This document shows positions 61,241 to 64,000 of a stretch of DNA of 64,000 nucleotides, in pieces. The notes under the pieces were generated by a model. The model saw only the letters and a program-made list of their open reading frames with translations. It was not told the origin of the DNA and searched no databases. Every line of letters starts with the position of its first letter. The stretch's first letter is position 1. The stretch comes from an uncultured Acidobacteriota bacterium (lineage in GTDB: Bacteria > Acidobacteriota > JAQAZP01), in the NCBI GenBank assembly GCA_963836075.1, contig CAWIIB010000009.1, positions 2,528,001-2,592,000 of the forward strand, written 5' to 3'. The translations under genes were made by a program, and so were the position numbers.

Positions 61241-62551
61241 ATGGAACCGGTGAAAGTGCTGATTATGGGTGCCGCGGGCAGGGATTTCCACAATTTCAAC
61301 CTGCGCTACCGGGACAACGAGATGTATCGCGTGGTGGCCTTCACCGCCACCCAGATCCCGGACATCGACGGCCGGATGTATCCCCCGGAACTGGCCGGCT
61401 CGCTGTACCCCGACGGCATTCCGATCAAGGATGAGGCCGACCTGGAAGAACTCATTCACGACATGGCCGTGGACCTGGTGGTCTTCGCCTACAGCGATGT
61501 GCCCCACGAATACGTGATGCACAAGGCCTCCCTGGTGGTGGCCGCCGGCGCCGACTTTGCCGTTCTGGGTGCCGAGTCCACCATGGTCAAGGCCAAGGTC
61601 CCCGTGGTCTCCATCTGTGCCATCCGCACCGGCTGCGGCAAGAGCCAGACCACCCGCCGGGTGGCCCAGGTGCTGCAGGGCATGGGCAAGAAGGTGGTGG
61701 CCATCCGTCACCCCATGCCGTACGGCGACCTGGTGAAGCAGAAGGTCCAGCGCTTTGCCGAGCTGGCCGACCTGGACAAGCACGACTGCACCATCGAGGA
61801 GCGTGAGGAGTACGAGCCGCACATCATGAGCGGGGTCATCGTTTACGCCGGCGTGGATTACGCCGCCATTCTCGAGCAGGCCCAGGAAGAGGCCGACGTG
61901 GTCCTCTGGGACGGCGGCAACAACGACCTGCCCTTCTACAAGCCGGACCTGGAAATCGTGGTCACCGACCCCCACCGGGTGGGTCACGAGCTTTCCTATT
62001 TCCCCGGCGAATCGAACCTGCTCCGCGCCGACGTGGTGGTGATCAACAAGATCGACTCCGCCGACGCCGAAGACGTGGAAGAGCTGCGCGAAAATATCTA
62101 CGCCGCCAACCCCCGTGCGGTGGTGGTCGACGCCGCGTCCCCGCTCTTCGTGGAGGACGGCGACCAGATCCGCGGCAAGCGGGTGCTGGTAGTGGAGGAC
62201 GGGCCCACCCTGACCCATGGCGAAATGGCCTACGGCGCCGGCGTGGTGGCCGCCTCGAAGTATGGCGCCGCCGAGCTGGTGGACCCCCGGCCGTACACCG
62301 TGGGCACCATCACCGAAACGTTTGAAAAGTACCCCGACATCGGTTCGCTGCTGCCGGCCATGGGCTATGGTGACGCGCAGGTGAAGGACCTGGAGGAGAC
62401 GATCAACAAGACCGACTGCGACCTGGTGATCATCGCCACGCCCATCGACCTGCGGCGCCTGGTGAAGATCGACAAACCGTCGGTCCGTGTCTCCTACGAA
62501 CTGCAGGAAATCGGGCGGCCGACACTCGAAGACGTGCTGGCAAAGTTTTAG
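61241..62551 (+). CDS. arcE: Arginine synthetase ArcE-like P-loop protein (often annotated as cyclic 2,3-diphosphoglycerate synthetase-like)
   Basis: IMGAAGRDFHNFN, RTGCGKSQT, RHPMPYG, TIEEREEYEPH, WDGGNND and EDGPTLTHG motifs, in an operon with carbamate kinase and OTCase. Confidence 0.8.
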   Translation: MEPVKVLIMGAAGRDFHNFNLRYRDNEMYRVVAFTATQIPDIDGRMYPPELAGSLYPDGIPIKDEADLEELIHDMAVDLVVFAYSDVPHEYVMHKASLVVAAGADFAVLGAESTMVKAKVPVVSICAIRTGCGKSQTTRRVAQVLQGMGKKVVAIRHPMPYGDLVKQKVQRFAELADLDKHDCTIEEREEYEPHIMSGVIVYAGVDYAAILEQAQEEADVVLWDGGNNDLPFYKPDLEIVVTDPHRVGHELSYFPGESNLLRADVVVINKIDSADAEDVEELRENIYAANPRAVVVDAASPLFVEDGDQIRGKRVLVVEDGPTLTHGEMAYGAGVVAASKYGAAELVDPRPYTVGTITETFEKYPDIGSLLPAMGYGDAQVKDLEETINKTDCDLVIIATPIDLRRLVKIDKPSVRVSYELQEIGRPTLEDVLAKF

Positions 62552-62618
62552 CCTGGCCGTTTTCAATGGCGGAACCCCGGCTCCGGCCGGGGGCGCCGGG
62601 GTATCCGGAGGGTTTCCC

Positions 62619-63569
62619 ATGAGCAGGAAGGTGGCGGTGATCGCCTTCGGCGGCAATGTGCTCATTGGCCCCGAAGACCACGGGACCATGCGGGAGCAGC
62701 TGGCCAACGCCGACAATTCCGCCCGGATGCTGCTGGAAGTTTTGCGGCGTGATTTCGAGATGGTGCTGGTCCACGGCAACGGGCCGCAGGTGGGCAACAA
62801 CCTGATCCGGGTGGAGGAGTCGAGCACCAAGATCCCGCCCAGCACCCTCGACATCTGCGTGGCCGAGACCGAGGGCAGCATGGGCTTCCTGATGGAACTG
62901 GCCCTGCACAACCGAATGCGGCGGGCGGGGATGGAAAAGGAGATGGTCACCCTGGTCACCGAGGTGGAGGTGAGCGCCGACGATTCGGCCTTCCAGAACC
63001 CCACCAAGCCCATCGGCCCCTTCTACACCAAGTTCCGGGCCCAGATGATGATGGAAGAACTGGGCTGGAAGCTGGTGGAGGATTCGGGGCGCGGCTATCG
63101 CCGGGTGGTCCCCTCGCCCAAGCCGGTGCGCATTTTGCAGGCCGAGGTGGCCCACCGGTTGCTGGACCAGGGTTTCGTGGTCAACGTGGCCGGCGGCGGC
63201 GGGATACCGGTGAGTTTTAACGGGGACGGCATGATGCGCGGCGAGGAGGCGGTGATCGACAAGGACTACTCGGCCAGCCTGATGGCCAGTTCCCTGCAGG
63301 CCGATCTCTTTGTCATCCTCACCGGCGTGTCGCGGGTCTGTGTCGATTTTGGCCGGCCGACCCAGCGGGCCCTGGACGTGATCACCATTGAGAGGGCCCA
63401 GCGGCTGCTGGACGAGGGGCAGTTTCCACCGGGCAGCATGGGGCCGAAAATAAGGGCCTCCATTGATTTTCTCAATGCCGGGGGCAAGGAAGTGATCATC
63501 ACCAGCCCCGACGTGTTCATTCCGGCGCTGGACGGCCGGTCGGGAACCCGGATCAGGAAGAATCATTGA
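62619..63569 (+). CDS. arcC: Carbamate kinase
   Basis: IAFGGN, HGNGPQVG, PTKPIGPFY, RRVVPSP, EAVIDKD and GSMGPK motifs. Confidence 0.96.
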   Translation: MSRKVAVIAFGGNVLIGPEDHGTMREQLANADNSARMLLEVLRRDFEMVLVHGNGPQVGNNLIRVEESSTKIPPSTLDICVAETEGSMGFLMELALHNRMRRAGMEKEMVTLVTEVEVSADDSAFQNPTKPIGPFYTKFRAQMMMEELGWKLVEDSGRGYRRVVPSPKPVRILQAEVAHRLLDQGFVVNVAGGGGIPVSFNGDGMMRGEEAVIDKDYSASLMASSLQADLFVILTGVSRVCVDFGRPTQRALDVITIERAQRLLDEGQFPPGSMGPKIRASIDFLNAGGKEVIITSPDVFIPALDGRSGTRIRKNH

Positions 63570-63610
63570 CCCACGGGGTCTTCACAGTCTATGCGGAGTG
63601 AATCGAAACC

Positions 63611-64000
63611 ATGACCAACAAACACCTGCTCTCGATCAAGGACCTCTCCCGCGAGGAAATCGAAGAAATCTTCCAGACGTCGGAGAAGATCAAGGCCGAG
63701 CCGGACCGTTACCGCACGTCCCTCCAGGGCAAGACCCTGGGCATGATCTTTCAGAAATCGTCCACCCGGACCCGCGTCTCCTTCGAGGTGGGCATGTTCC
63801 AGCTGGGCGGGCACGCCCTCTACCTCGGCGCGAGCGACATGCAACTGGGCCGGGGCGAGACGGTGCCCGACACGGCGCGGGTCCTTTCGCGCTACGTGGA
63901 CGGGATCATGGCCCGGACCTTCGCCCACCAGGATGTTCTGGACCTGGCGGCATTCGGTACGGTGCCGGTGATCAACGGCCTCACCGACCTGCTGCACCCC
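63611..64000 (+). CDS. argF: Ornithine carbamoyltransferase, N-terminal part (runs off the window end)
   Basis: Manual translation: [12 protein letters not shown]...[15 protein letters not shown]...DTARVLSRY...[10 protein letters not shown]. Confidence 0.93.
   Translation, partial: MTNKHLLSIKDLSREEIEEIFQTSEKIKAEPDRYRTSLQGKTLGMIFQKSSTRTRVSFEVGMFQLGGHALYLGASDMQLGRGETVPDTARVLSRYVDGIMARTFAHQDVLDLAAFGTVPVINGLTDLLHP

Overview
A high-GC bacterial chromosome segment, probably from an anaerobic Acidobacteriota-like organism. That assignment is an inference from gene style and synteny. The window holds housekeeping genes (trkHA, folD-coaE-tgt-yajC-secDF-rel, ridA, rpmB, efp-accBC, aroK) and a large type IVa pilus locus: pilMNOPQ, pilB-pilT-pilC-pilS-pilR, a sigma54-driven major pilin, a pilin/surface modification island, an ABC transporter, pilD, a second two-component pair and minor pilins. 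It ends at the start of an arcE-arcC-argF arginine catabolism operon. The most notable observations are: (1) SecF carries a ComEA-like helix-hairpin-helix module in its periplasmic loop; (2) a full-length NrdD paralogue lacks the glycyl-radical Gly and the catalytic Cys residues; (3) all seven apparent +1 frameshifts can be repaired by deleting one base at a GTAC palindrome, which suggests a DNA modification at GTAC that confuses long-read basecalling; (4) two unannotated structured RNA candidates lie at about 12.9 kb and 58.8 kb; (5) a 124-bp element with 29-bp inverted repeats follows the pilin gene. All calls come from reading the sequence and recalling family motifs. No searches were run.
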